A stretch of 40,540 bases of DNA, taken from contig DATEAC010000005.1 in NCBI GenBank assembly GCA_036584645.1, positions 1 through 40,540 on the forward strand, given 5' to 3'. Positions 15,980-24,643 of the stretch are shown here, piece after piece; within the stretch, counting starts at the first letter, position 1, and every line of letters starts with the position of its first letter. The translations under genes and the position numbers were made by a program. This DNA comes from Minisyncoccota bacterium (GTDB lineage: Bacteria; Patescibacteriota; Minisyncoccia; Phycocordibacterales; Zambryskibacteraceae). The notes beneath the pieces were generated by a model. That model did no database searches. It was not told the origin of the DNA and saw nothing but the letters and a program-made list of their open reading frames with translations.

Positions 15980-18076
15980 TTGTTTTCTATGGTATCCAAA
16001 AACAAGCAAGAAAAAGGCAAAAAAAAGGACAAGGAAAAACGCCTGCCCGCCAATTCGTATAGTGCCGCTGATATTACCGTTTTAGAGGGCCTGGAGCCCG
16101 TCAGGAAGCGCCCCGGAATGTACATCGGTACCACTGGCCCGGATGGCCTTCACCACCTTATCGGGGAGGTTTTTGACAATGGTCGTGACGAGGCCATGGG
16201 CGGTTTTGCCAACCACATTGAAGTTGCGCTTCTGCCGGGCAATCGCATTCGTGTTGCAGACAATGGCCGAGGCATCCCAGTTGACGTACACAAACAAACG
16301 AAAGTTTCCGCTCTTGAAACCGTTATGACCAAACTTCACGCCGGGGGAAAGTTCGGCGGGCAAGGCTATAAAGTTTCAGGCGGACTTCACGGTGTCGGAG
16401 TTTCGGTTGTCAACGCTTTGTCGGACAGCATGTCTGTTTTTATTCATCGCGACGGCGGAAGGTATTTTCAAGAGTATGAGCGGGGCAAAAGAGTGTCGGC
16501 CGTTAAAAAACTGGGGGCTTCAAAAGAACATGGCACCATTGTCACTTTTTCTCCGGACCCTCAAATCTTTCCTGAAATTGATTTTGATTTTAATCGTATC
16601 GTCATGCATTTGCGCCAGCAAGCTTACTTGGTGAAGGGTTTGAGAATTGAAGTTATTGATGCCCGTGATTGGGACGGCAAAATTCCCGACCAAGAGGTTT
16701 TTTATTTAAGCGAGCTGGATTTGGACGTGCCCACCCAAACTTTCTATTTTGAGGGCGGTCTTCTTTCTTTGGTGCGTTTCCAAAATTCGTTTCAAAAACC
16801 AATCCACAAAAATATTTTTTACGTTGAGAAGAAATTAGACGAGTATGATTCGGTGGAAGTGGCCCTGCAATACGTTGATGATATAAGCTCACGCATTTTG
16901 CCTTTTGCCAACAATATCTATAACGGCGAGGGCGGCACTCATGTGACAGGTTTCAAAACGGCTCTTACGCGCACCCTTAACTCATATGCGAAAAAGGGCA
17001 ACGGCGGAAAAGAGGAAGATAATTTTACCGGCGACGATGTTTTGGAAGGTCTCTCCGCCGTTATTTCCATTAAGCTCCGTGAAGTGCAATTTGAGGGCCA
17101 AACAAAGGCAAAATTGGGCACCGTGGAGGCGCGGTCAATGGTTGAAGGAGTATTTGGCGACGCCTTTACAGCCTTTTTGGAAGAGCATCCTGACGACGGC
17201 AGAGCGATTGTAAACAAGGTGGTTTTGGCTTTGAGGGCGCGAAAGGCCGCAAAGGCCGCAAAGGACTCCGTTCTTCGCAAGGGAGCATTGGAAGGCATGA
17301 CTCTGCCCGGCAAGTTGGCGGATTGTCAATCATCATCCGCAGAGGAATCGGAACTTTTTATTGTTGAAGGAGATTCAGCGGGAGGCACAGCCAAGATGGG
17401 CCGCGATCGTCGCATCCAGGCAATATTGCCTTTGCGCGGAAAAATTTTGAACATTGAACGAGCGCGCTTGGACAGAATGCTTGGGTCGGAGCAAATTAAA
17501 AATTTGGTTGTGGCGCTTGGCACGGCCATCAGCGATACGTTTGACATTACCAAGCTCCGTTATCACAAAATAATTATCGCCACAGACGCCGACGTTGACG
17601 GCGCACACATTCGCACGCTTTTACTGACGCTTCTTTACAGATTTTTTAGACCGCTTATTGATGCGGGATATGTTTACATTGCTCAGCCGCCTCTTTATAA
17701 GATAAAGAAAGGCAAAGAAATTTCGTACGCGTACTCCGATGCTGAAAAAACAAAAACGATTGGCAAAGATGCAGAAATAGAAGAAGTTGCAGAATCTTTG
17801 GGCGAAGATGAAATTGAAGAGGAAACTGATAAGCTAAAAAACTCCGAAGCTAAAAAGCCTAAAGTCTCAATCCAGCGTTATAAAGGTTTGGGAGAAATGA
17901 ACTCCGATGAATTATGGGAAACCACCATGGATCCTGCCCGAAGAATTTTAAAACAAGTGACGATCGAGGATGCGCAGGAAGCGGACAAAGTTTTTGATAT
18001 TCTGATGGGCACCGATGTTCCTGCGCGTAAATCCTTCATTCAGTCAAACGCCAAACTTGCGAACCTGGATATATAG
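15980..18076 (+). CDS. gyrB: DNA gyrase subunit B
   Basis: 698 aa. LEGLEPVRKRPGMYIG, GLHHLIGEVFDNGRDEA, GGLHGVG, Toprim EGDSAGG and PLRGKILNIE, ATDADVDGAHI, QRYKGLGEM. The start is TTG 15980 or ATG 15989. Confidence 0.95.
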   Translation: MFSMVSKNKQEKGKKKDKEKRLPANSYSAADITVLEGLEPVRKRPGMYIGTTGPDGLHHLIGEVFDNGRDEAMGGFANHIEVALLPGNRIRVADNGRGIPVDVHKQTKVSALETVMTKLHAGGKFGGQGYKVSGGLHGVGVSVVNALSDSMSVFIHRDGGRYFQEYERGKRVSAVKKLGASKEHGTIVTFSPDPQIFPEIDFDFNRIVMHLRQQAYLVKGLRIEVIDARDWDGKIPDQEVFYLSELDLDVPTQTFYFEGGLLSLVRFQNSFQKPIHKNIFYVEKKLDEYDSVEVALQYVDDISSRILPFANNIYNGEGGTHVTGFKTALTRTLNSYAKKGNGGKEEDNFTGDDVLEGLSAVISIKLREVQFEGQTKAKLGTVEARSMVEGVFGDAFTAFLEEHPDDGRAIVNKVVLALRARKAAKAAKDSVLRKGALEGMTLPGKLADCQSSSAEESELFIVEGDSAGGTAKMGRDRRIQAILPLRGKILNIERARLDRMLGSEQIKNLVVALGTAISDTFDITKLRYHKIIIATDADVDGAHIRTLLLTLLYRFFRPLIDAGYVYIAQPPLYKIKKGKEISYAYSDAEKTKTIGKDAEIEEVAESLGEDEIEEETDKLKNSEAKKPKVSIQRYKGLGEMNSDELWETTMDPARRILKQVTIEDAQEADKVFDILMGTDVPARKSFIQSNAKLANLDI

Positions 18077-18112
18077 TGTCATTTAAAGAAAGAATATTCG
18101 GGGTAAATTGTC

Positions 18113-18136
18113 TACCTTACGATATATCGTAAGGTA
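18113..18136. repeat. 24-bp perfect palindrome TACCTTACGATATATCGTAAGGTA between the convergent gyrB and yerC-like genes
   Basis: 12 pairs checked. It lies 37 nt after the gyrB stop and 4 nt after the minus-strand stop at 18140-18142. No flanking T tract. Confidence 0.95.
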
Positions 18137-18139
18137 CGA

Positions 18140-18541
18140 CTAGAGATTTCTAAAAACATACTTCCAGCGTCCACGCCCCCGTGGAGGCATTCCAGCCAAT
18201 AGAATTTTTTCTAATAGGTCTGTAATTGATCTATCTTCTTTGTTAATTATCCTGATTAATTTATCGTATTTTCCTATTTCAACGCCCAGAGAAATTCTCG
18301 CCGCCGTAGAGGGACTTATTTGTAAAGACTCAGAGATAGAATAATAAGATAAACCTTTATTTCGCATCATTATTACAGCCAATCTTTTGGCGAGCATTAT
18401 TCTTTCTGTTTCGGTGAATAACTCAAATATTAAGGTTTCTGTGGTGTGGTTTCTTACCGATGCATCAATAATTTTGGCAAATCTGTTTAAAAGTTTTTCC
18501 AAAATTTCCTTTTTAAGATTCTTATTCGATATATGCGGCAT
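18140..18541 (-). CDS. TrpR-like (YerC/YecD-family) helix-turn-helix protein
   Basis: 133 aa. Pattern LFTETERIMLAKRLAVIMM...GLSYYSISESLQISPSTAARIS, typical of the Trp-repressor-like YerC/YecD family, plus a C-terminal basic tail. Confidence 0.65.
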   Translation of the reverse strand: MPHISNKNLKKEILEKLLNRFAKIIDASVRNHTTETLIFELFTETERIMLAKRLAVIMMRNKGLSYYSISESLQISPSTAARISLGVEIGKYDKLIRIINKEDRSITDLLEKILLAGMPPRGRGRWKYVFRNL

Positions 18542-18576
18542 ATTCCTATCTTACGATATATCGTAAGATAGGAATA
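18541..18576. promoter_or_regulatory. 36-bp perfect palindrome TATTCCTATCTTACGATATATCGTAAGATAGGAATA overlapping the start codon, RBS and promoter region of the yerC-like gene (candidate operator)
   Basis: 18 pairs checked. Position 18541 is the A of the minus-strand ATG. The arm contains the only SD-like AGGA upstream of that ATG. Confidence 0.6.
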
Positions 18577-18621
18577 ACAGTTTTGTGTACAACTAGTTTT
18601 AATTTTTAAAACCCCGCTGTG

Positions 18622-19845
18622 TTATTTTCTCTCGGTGATTTCTTTTTGAAGTTTTTTAATCAATTTTTCAACAGAGATTTTTTCTGATTTGCCTTCGCGG
18701 TTTTCAAGAGTCAATTCTTCGGACTCAACTTCTTTGTCTCCGATAACCACAGCGTAGAAAACTTTCTCGGTTTTGACATTTCGCACTTTTTTGCCCAAAG
18801 TTTCATTTGAGTCATCTAATTCAACACGAATGCCGGCCTTCATTAATTCATCAAAAACTTTTTTGGCATATTTTTTGTGCGTCTCGGAAACGGTTAAAAT
18901 TTTTACTTGTACGGGCGAGAGCCAAAGGGGGAAAGCGCCAGCGTATTTTTCTATAAGGAGTGCCATAGTGCGCTCAATGGCGCCAATAGACGAGCGGTGC
19001 ACCACGAAAGCTCGATGCTCTTTGCCATCTTCTCCCACATATTTCAAATCAAATCTCTCGGGCATCACGAAATCATATTGCACGGTAAAAGCGGTGTCTT
19101 CTTTACCGTTGGCGTTTTTCATTTGCACATCAATTTTCGGCCCGTAAAAGCTGGCATCTCCGGGCATTTCCTCAAATTTCATATTTTTCCCCTTTAGGAA
19201 TTTTCTCAAAAGGTTCTCGCTCTTGTCCCAGGCCGCGTTGTTGGTGCCATATTTCTCCGGATTGTTGCGGTCGCCGAGCGAAAGGCGATACCAATAATCC
19301 TTGCCGTATTCAAGGCCGAATACCCCGTTCACGTATTCAATGAGATCAAGAGCCTTGCCCATTTCATCAACCGCCTGTTCCTCTGACGCGCAAATAATAT
19401 GGGCGTCTGAAAGGCAAAACGTGCGCACGCGCTGGAGACCCATAAGCTCGCCCGATTGTTCATAGCGGTAAAGTTTTGCCAACTCCGCGATTCGCATGGG
19501 GAGATCGCGGTAGGAGCGGGGTTCCGACAGGAAGAGTTCAAAATGGTGCGGGCAGGTCATAGGGCGAAGCATGAATTCTTCGTTGTCTATGACGATGGGC
19601 GCGTACATTGAGTCCTTGTAGTAAGGATAGTGGCCGGATTTTTTATAAAGTTCCAAGCGAGCTATGTCGGGGGTCATAACATGCTGATAACCCCGCTTTA
19701 TTTCTTCGTCCACAATAAAGCGCTCAAGTTCGCGGCGAATAGCAGCGCCTTTGGCAGTAAAAAGGGGAAGACCTTTTCCCACGGTTTCAGAAAAAGTAAA
19801 AAGCCTTAGTTCCTTACCAAGTTTTTTGTGATCTCTTTCGTCCAT
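18622..19845 (-). CDS. thrS: Threonine--tRNA ligase, catalytic plus anticodon-binding domains only
   Basis: 407 aa, beginning MDERDHKKLGKELRLF (the E. coli RDHRKIGKQLDLY boundary). Zinc ligand contexts are conserved (RPMTCPHH, SDAHII, VVHRSSIGA). No room exists for an N-terminal extension because the dnaE stop is 10 nt upstream. Confidence 0.9.
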   Translation of the reverse strand: MDERDHKKLGKELRLFTFSETVGKGLPLFTAKGAAIRRELERFIVDEEIKRGYQHVMTPDIARLELYKKSGHYPYYKDSMYAPIVIDNEEFMLRPMTCPHHFELFLSEPRSYRDLPMRIAELAKLYRYEQSGELMGLQRVRTFCLSDAHIICASEEQAVDEMGKALDLIEYVNGVFGLEYGKDYWYRLSLGDRNNPEKYGTNNAAWDKSENLLRKFLKGKNMKFEEMPGDASFYGPKIDVQMKNANGKEDTAFTVQYDFVMPERFDLKYVGEDGKEHRAFVVHRSSIGAIERTMALLIEKYAGAFPLWLSPVQVKILTVSETHKKYAKKVFDELMKAGIRVELDDSNETLGKKVRNVKTEKVFYAVVIGDKEVESEELTLENREGKSEKISVEKLIKKLQKEITERK

Positions 19846-19855
19846 TTACTCTATT

Positions 19856-22800
19856 CTACAACGCTTTTATTTTTTCGGCGATGAGGGATTTTTCGCCGTT
19901 TCGCTCGGTCACGCGGCCGAGGACGATAACGCACTTGTCGTTTTCAAGGAAACTTTTATATTCAGTAAAGACTCGCGGGAAAACAACCATTTCAATTTCA
20001 CCGGACAAATCGGCCATTTTTACAAATGCCATTTGCTCGTTTCTTTTTGTTAAAATCTCGCGCACCGACTCAACGATACCCGCGATTGCGATTTGGGTTT
20101 CCGAACCGGCCTCAAGTTTTGCTTTCTTGATATTCATGTCCCGCTTGTCAAGCTTGTCCTTGTATTTATCCAAAGGGTGTCCCGAAATGTAAAGGCCCAA
20201 AAGCTCTTTTTCCCAGGCCAATTTTTCGTCGGTAGTTGCGGGAGGTGCATTCTTGAGACTTATTTCGTCGTGTCCCGTAAGTGTTCCAAAAAGAGAGTCA
20301 TGAGAATCGCCCGCCCGCATTTTTTCTTTATGAAAATCAAGAAGCGCTTCTGAATTTGCCAAGAATTGTCCTCTTTCGCCAAATTCGTCCAAAGCGCCGG
20401 CCTTGATAAGGGACTCAAGCGATTTCTTGTTCAGATTTTTATCGGTAATCCGCGACAGAAAATCGGAAAGACTTGCAAAACGCCCCGCTCTTTTTCTCTC
20501 ATGCACGATTGTCTGCGCAATTCCCTCACCGAAGTTTTTTATTGTGGTTAAACCGAATCTTATTTCATCGGGTTTTTTGTTTTTAGGATCCCTGACCACC
20601 GTAAATCCGGCAAAGCTCTCATTGACGGACGGCGGAAGCACCGGAATTCCCATCCGGCCGCACTCTTGAATGTAAAGAGCGATGGTATCAATGTTGCCTG
20701 ATTCGGCCGTAAGACAAGCGGACATGTAAATGGCCGGAAAATTTGCTTTGAAATAGGCCGTCTGATAGGCCAGCCGGCCGTAGGAAGCAGAGTGGGCTTT
20801 ATTAAAACCATAAGCGGCGAAAGGTTCTATCCAAGTCCAAAGTTCTTGCGCTTTCTTGAGTGGCCATTTGCTGTGTGTCACGCATCCCTCAATAAATTTT
20901 TCTTTTTGGGCGGCCATTTCAGCGGGGATTTTCTTTCCCACCGCCTTGCGGAATTTGTCCACCTCGCCCCAAGAGTATCCGGCGATATCCTTGGCAATCA
21001 TCAAAAGATCGTCCTGATAAACCAAAATGCCGTAAGTTCTTTCCAAGATGGATTTCAAAGAAGGGTCTAAATATTTCACCAGTCGCGGTTCGTGTTTGCG
21101 GCGAATAAAATCGGGGATGAACTGCATGGGTCCGGGGCGATAGAGAGCAACCATGGCGTTAATGTCGTGGATGGACGTTGGTCTCAAATCAATAAGAAAT
21201 CTTGTCATACCGGAGCCGTTAAGCTGAAAAGTACCCTCCGTTTCGCCGCGGGCAAGCATCACAAAAGTTTTTTTGTCGTCCAAGGGAATATTTTCCGGGT
21301 CAATCTTTTTTCCTTCAATGGCGCGAATCCTGTCCGCCGTGTCCGCGAGGATTGAGAGATTGCGGAGTCCCAAGAAATCAAACTTCAAAAGACCGGCATC
21401 TTCAATTGAATACATATCGTATTGAGTGATGAGCTTACCTTCGCCTCTGGTGTCGTACTGGAGGGGGGTGTGGTCTGTTATCGGGGTGGGAGAAATGACA
21501 ACACCCGCGGCATGAACGGAGATGTGACGCGCGCAACCTTCAATCTTGCGGGCCATGTCAATGATGCGTTTTATGTCGCGGTCTTTTTCATATTTTTCTT
21601 TAAGCTCAGGCACGATTTCAAAAGCCCGTTCAATTGTCATGGGAAAACCCTGTGAACCAAAAGGAATTATTTTGGCGATTTCGTCGCCCTTGCCGTAAGG
21701 ATAGCCCAGAGCGCGCGCCACATCGCGGACCACTCCGCGAGCAAGCATGGTGCCGAAAGTGCCGATTTGAGCAACTCTGTCTTCGCCATATTTTTTGCGG
21801 GCGTATTCAATCACTTCGTCGCGGCGATTATCCGCGATGTCAATGTCCATATCGGGAGGCAAGGGACGGTCGGGATTTAAAAACCTTTCAAAGGGCAGTC
21901 TGTACTCAATTGGATTTATGTTTGTGATGCCGCACAGAAATGAAACCAAGGAACCGGCAGCCGAGCCGCGGGTGTTTGTCAATATTCCTTGCGCTCTGGC
22001 GTGCTGAAGAAGATCGCCGACCGCCAAAAAATAAGGCGCAAAACCCTTCGTTTCTATTATGCTCAATTCGTAAGCAATGCGTTTTTTTATTTCTTCGGTT
22101 TGTTTGATTTTTCTTTGTTTTAATCCGTCGCGAACCATTTTTTCAAGTTCTTTGTTGAAAGTGGAATCTCTGGGAATATCCACATGAGGAAATACCCATT
22201 TGCCGAGCTTGAGCTCAAGGGAACATCTGTCTGCCACGTGCGCGGTGTTGTCAAGGGCCTCCGGCAAATCAGAAAATCTTTTTTCCATCTCTTCGGGCGA
22301 AAGAAATGAAAAATTTTCTTCCTCATCCGTAACGCTTTCATCAAACCTGTCATTGCTCTGTTGAACCATAAGCACGGTATCGCGGGCCGGTTTGTCTTCG
22401 GGGTCTAGGTAGTAAATGTCGTGCGCGGCCAAAACAGGCACGCTTTTTTGTTTGGCGAATTCGGCAATTGTTGCCATGAAGGTGTCATGGCCGGGAAGTT
22501 CCGGATGCTTTGTGATTTCAATAAAAACGTTTTGCACGCCGAAGGTGTCCAAATGCCATTTCAAGATTTTTTCCGCACCTTCGGTATCGCGCCGTCTCAA
22601 TGCTTTGCTGATTTCTCCGCCGAGGGCGGGAATTATGGCAATTAAACCGTCGTGAAGATTTTCCAGAAGCTCATTATCCAGTCTGGGTTTGTAGTAAAAA
22701 CCTTCAATATGGCTTTTAGTCACAAGCATCATTAAGTTTTTGTAGCCCGTCAGATTTTCCGCGAGAAGCACGAGACGATGGCGGCTGTTATCAACCCCGG

Positions 22801-23038
22801 CTTGTTTATCGTTTCTGGTGCGAACGGCTTTATAAAAATCAACGCCGATTATCGGTTTAATGCCCTTGCTTTTACATTCTTTATAAAATTCAATTGCGCC
22901 GTACAAGTTTCCAGAATCGGTGAGAGCAAGCGCGGGCATTTCATGTCGTTTTGCGCGGGCCACCAGATCTGGAATTTTGGGCAAGGCCTGTAAGAGGGAA
23001 TAGTGACTATGCGTATGCAAATGAGAAAATTTGGGCAT
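19856..23038 (-). CDS. dnaE: DNA polymerase III alpha subunit
   Basis: PHP motif FSHLHTHSHYSLL just after the ATG at 23038, preferred over track start 23110 which overlaps rnhB. Also GFNKAHSASY and a C-terminal OB region. Confidence 0.95.
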   Translation of the reverse strand: MPKFSHLHTHSHYSLLQALPKIPDLVARAKRHEMPALALTDSGNLYGAIEFYKECKSKGIKPIIGVDFYKAVRTRNDKQAGVDNSRHRLVLLAENLTGYKNLMMLVTKSHIEGFYYKPRLDNELLENLHDGLIAIIPALGGEISKALRRRDTEGAEKILKWHLDTFGVQNVFIEITKHPELPGHDTFMATIAEFAKQKSVPVLAAHDIYYLDPEDKPARDTVLMVQQSNDRFDESVTDEEENFSFLSPEEMEKRFSDLPEALDNTAHVADRCSLELKLGKWVFPHVDIPRDSTFNKELEKMVRDGLKQRKIKQTEEIKKRIAYELSIIETKGFAPYFLAVGDLLQHARAQGILTNTRGSAAGSLVSFLCGITNINPIEYRLPFERFLNPDRPLPPDMDIDIADNRRDEVIEYARKKYGEDRVAQIGTFGTMLARGVVRDVARALGYPYGKGDEIAKIIPFGSQGFPMTIERAFEIVPELKEKYEKDRDIKRIIDMARKIEGCARHISVHAAGVVISPTPITDHTPLQYDTRGEGKLITQYDMYSIEDAGLLKFDFLGLRNLSILADTADRIRAIEGKKIDPENIPLDDKKTFVMLARGETEGTFQLNGSGMTRFLIDLRPTSIHDINAMVALYRPGPMQFIPDFIRRKHEPRLVKYLDPSLKSILERTYGILVYQDDLLMIAKDIAGYSWGEVDKFRKAVGKKIPAEMAAQKEKFIEGCVTHSKWPLKKAQELWTWIEPFAAYGFNKAHSASYGRLAYQTAYFKANFPAIYMSACLTAESGNIDTIALYIQECGRMGIPVLPPSVNESFAGFTVVRDPKNKKPDEIRFGLTTIKNFGEGIAQTIVHERKRAGRFASLSDFLSRITDKNLNKKSLESLIKAGALDEFGERGQFLANSEALLDFHKEKMRAGDSHDSLFGTLTGHDEISLKNAPPATTDEKLAWEKELLGLYISGHPLDKYKDKLDKRDMNIKKAKLEAGSETQIAIAGIVESVREILTKRNEQMAFVKMADLSGEIEMVVFPRVFTEYKSFLENDKCVIVLGRVTERNGEKSLIAEKIKAL

Positions 23039-23098
23039 GTCAGAATTATACTTGAGAGGTACGGCTGCACGATAGCTTGAAAAGCTTATAATAATGAG

Positions 23099-23719
23099 GT
23101 GCAAAAACACCCTCGCATTATTTCTTTAGTACCTCCTGAATGTGTAGTAGGCATTGACGAGGCGGGCAGAGGGCCATTGGCCGGACCGGTAGCGGTGGCG
23201 GCGGTCAAGGTGGGGCGCGAATTTGATAAAAAATTTTTCCGAGGCATCAAAGATTCCAAACAATTAAACGAAGAGGAAAGAAAAATGTGGTTTGAACTTG
23301 CCCGCGAGGCGCACACGGAGGGCATCCTTGATTTTTCCGTGTCTCTCATTTCTCACACCGTCATAGACAGACACGGCATGACAAAAGCCGTAATGACGGG
23401 CATCAGAAGAAATCTTTTAAAACTCTCGGTGCCGACAAAAGAATCCCACATTTTTCTTGATGGACTTTTGAAAGCGCCCGTTGAATATAAACATCAACTT
23501 ACTGTTATAAGGGGTGATGAAAAAGTCCCCATTATTTCTCTTGCGGGAATTTTAGCCAAAGTTGCGCGCGATGCCCGCATGAAAAGCCTTGCCAAAAAAT
23601 ATCCGCAGTACGGTTTTGAAAAGCATAAAGGATACGCGACGGAGGATCACAGAAAAGCTTTACGAAAATTTGGGCCAGTCTCTGTTCACAGAATGACCTT
23701 CATAAAAGGGCTAATTTAG
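23099..23719 (+). CDS. rnhB: Ribonuclease HII
   Basis: 206 aa with a GTG start. GIDEAGRGPLAGPVAVAAV, DSKQL, GDEKVPIISLAGILAKV and GYATEDH. Confidence 0.9.
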   Translation: MQKHPRIISLVPPECVVGIDEAGRGPLAGPVAVAAVKVGREFDKKFFRGIKDSKQLNEEERKMWFELAREAHTEGILDFSVSLISHTVIDRHGMTKAVMTGIRRNLLKLSVPTKESHIFLDGLLKAPVEYKHQLTVIRGDEKVPIISLAGILAKVARDARMKSLAKKYPQYGFEKHKGYATEDHRKALRKFGPVSVHRMTFIKGLI

Positions 23720-23734
23720 GGCGCATTTGGTCTA

Positions 23735-23764
23735 TTGACATATTGTATTTGTTTGTGATATAAT
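23735..23764 (+). promoter_or_regulatory. Near-consensus sigma70 promoter TTGACA-18 nt-TGaTATAAT
   Basis: -35 at 23735-23740 and extended -10 at 23756-23764. It is followed by a ~45 nt leader and the SD AAGGAG (23807-23812), 6 nt before the GTG at 23819. Confidence 0.6.
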
Positions 23765-23818
23765 AGTAGTTGGAAACCCTGGAAATACTAGGGTCAAGTA
23801 CTGCGCAAGGAGCAAGTT

Positions 23819-24289
23819 GTGGCTAAGAGTCATTTTGCGGGTGTAATCATCTGGCGGACGGGCCCGGACGGCATTGAATACCTTGTCATTGAGTATGACT
23901 CGGGCGACGGGGTTCAGATCAAGTTCCCCGGAGGGACGAACAACGATCACCCGGGGGAACCGCTTTTCGGAAAGGAGGGCACCTTTTCCAGAGAAGGAAC
24001 AGGAGAAACAGGCCTTGTTATCCCCGATGACTTGTCGGAAAGGGATGTCATCTACGTAAGTCGGCCTGATCCGAATCATACCAAACATTTCGTCATCGTT
24101 CCGTTTGAACGGTGCCGAGGAGAACTTCGTACCTCTCCGAAGAGAGACGGCGGAGACATGCTCTCGCCGCCATTCTGGCGGACGGCCGGGGAACTTCTGG
24201 TGCCCGTGGAAAACGGCGGCCTTTTCTGGACTCATCGCAAAGCTCTTGAGGCGGCCGAAAGACGTCTCTCTCAAGCTGTCCGGCCGTAG
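23819..24289 (+). CDS. Divergent Nudix-fold protein encoded in a GC-rich segment
   Basis: 156 aa. FAGVIIWRTGPDGIEYLVIEY...IKFPGG, then a degenerate Nudix box GGTNNDHPGEPLFGKEGTFSREGTGETGL (insertions, first E of the EE pair replaced by G). It has its own promoter, SD and terminator. Hand counts of two 60-nt lines gave 57% and 60% GC. Confidence 0.55.
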   Translation: MAKSHFAGVIIWRTGPDGIEYLVIEYDSGDGVQIKFPGGTNNDHPGEPLFGKEGTFSREGTGETGLVIPDDLSERDVIYVSRPDPNHTKHFVIVPFERCRGELRTSPKRDGGDMLSPPFWRTAGELLVPVENGGLFWTHRKALEAAERRLSQAVRP

Positions 24290-24295
24290 GGCATG

Positions 24296-24335
24296 GGGCC
24301 GTTCGCGACGACATCGTCGCGAACGGCCCTTTACT
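24296..24335 (+). terminator. Rho-independent terminator-like hairpin
   Basis: Perfect 15-bp stem GGGCCGTTCGCGACG / CGTCGCGAACGGCCC (24296-24310 and 24315-24329), loop ACAT, followed by TTTACTTTC. Confidence 0.7.
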
Positions 24336-24367
24336 TTCATCTCAATTTTCGTACACTTATTGCCACT

Positions 24368-24592
24368 ATGGTTGTAAGAATGAGACACACGCGCGCCCAA
24401 ACAAGGCAGCGCCGAAGTCATCACAAACTGGAAAGCCCCAGACTTGCGAAAGACCAAGACGGGGTTTTTCATTTAAGGCATAGAATTAATCCCCAAACAG
24501 GCAAATACAAAGGTCGTGTTATAATTGATATAGCCGGTAAAAAAGCCGCCAAAGCGGCCCGAAAAAAGTCAAAAGAAAACCAAAGCAAATAA
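24368..24592 (+). CDS. rpmF: 50S ribosomal protein L32
   Basis: MVVRMRHTRAQTRQRRSHHKL matches the basic L32 N-terminus. 74 aa with a Lys-rich tail. The track ORF start at 24293 lies inside the terminator hairpin and is rejected. Confidence 0.8.
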   Translation: MVVRMRHTRAQTRQRRSHHKLESPRLAKDQDGVFHLRHRINPQTGKYKGRVIIDIAGKKAAKAARKKSKENQSK

Positions 24593-24643
24593 AAAATATG
24601 TGCGGTGCGCCTCTACAGAGGAAGGCAAAAGCTCTTTAACACT

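Noticed and set aside
23732-24472. A 246-aa minus-strand ORF, the longest ORF in this interval
   Set aside because: It lies antisense to the GC-rich segment, where long spurious ORFs are expected. It would overlap rpmF by about 100 nt. It has no recognisable motifs and an Arg/Pro/Ser-rich composition. The plus-strand ORF has a promoter, SD, terminator and a Nudix-like fold signature.
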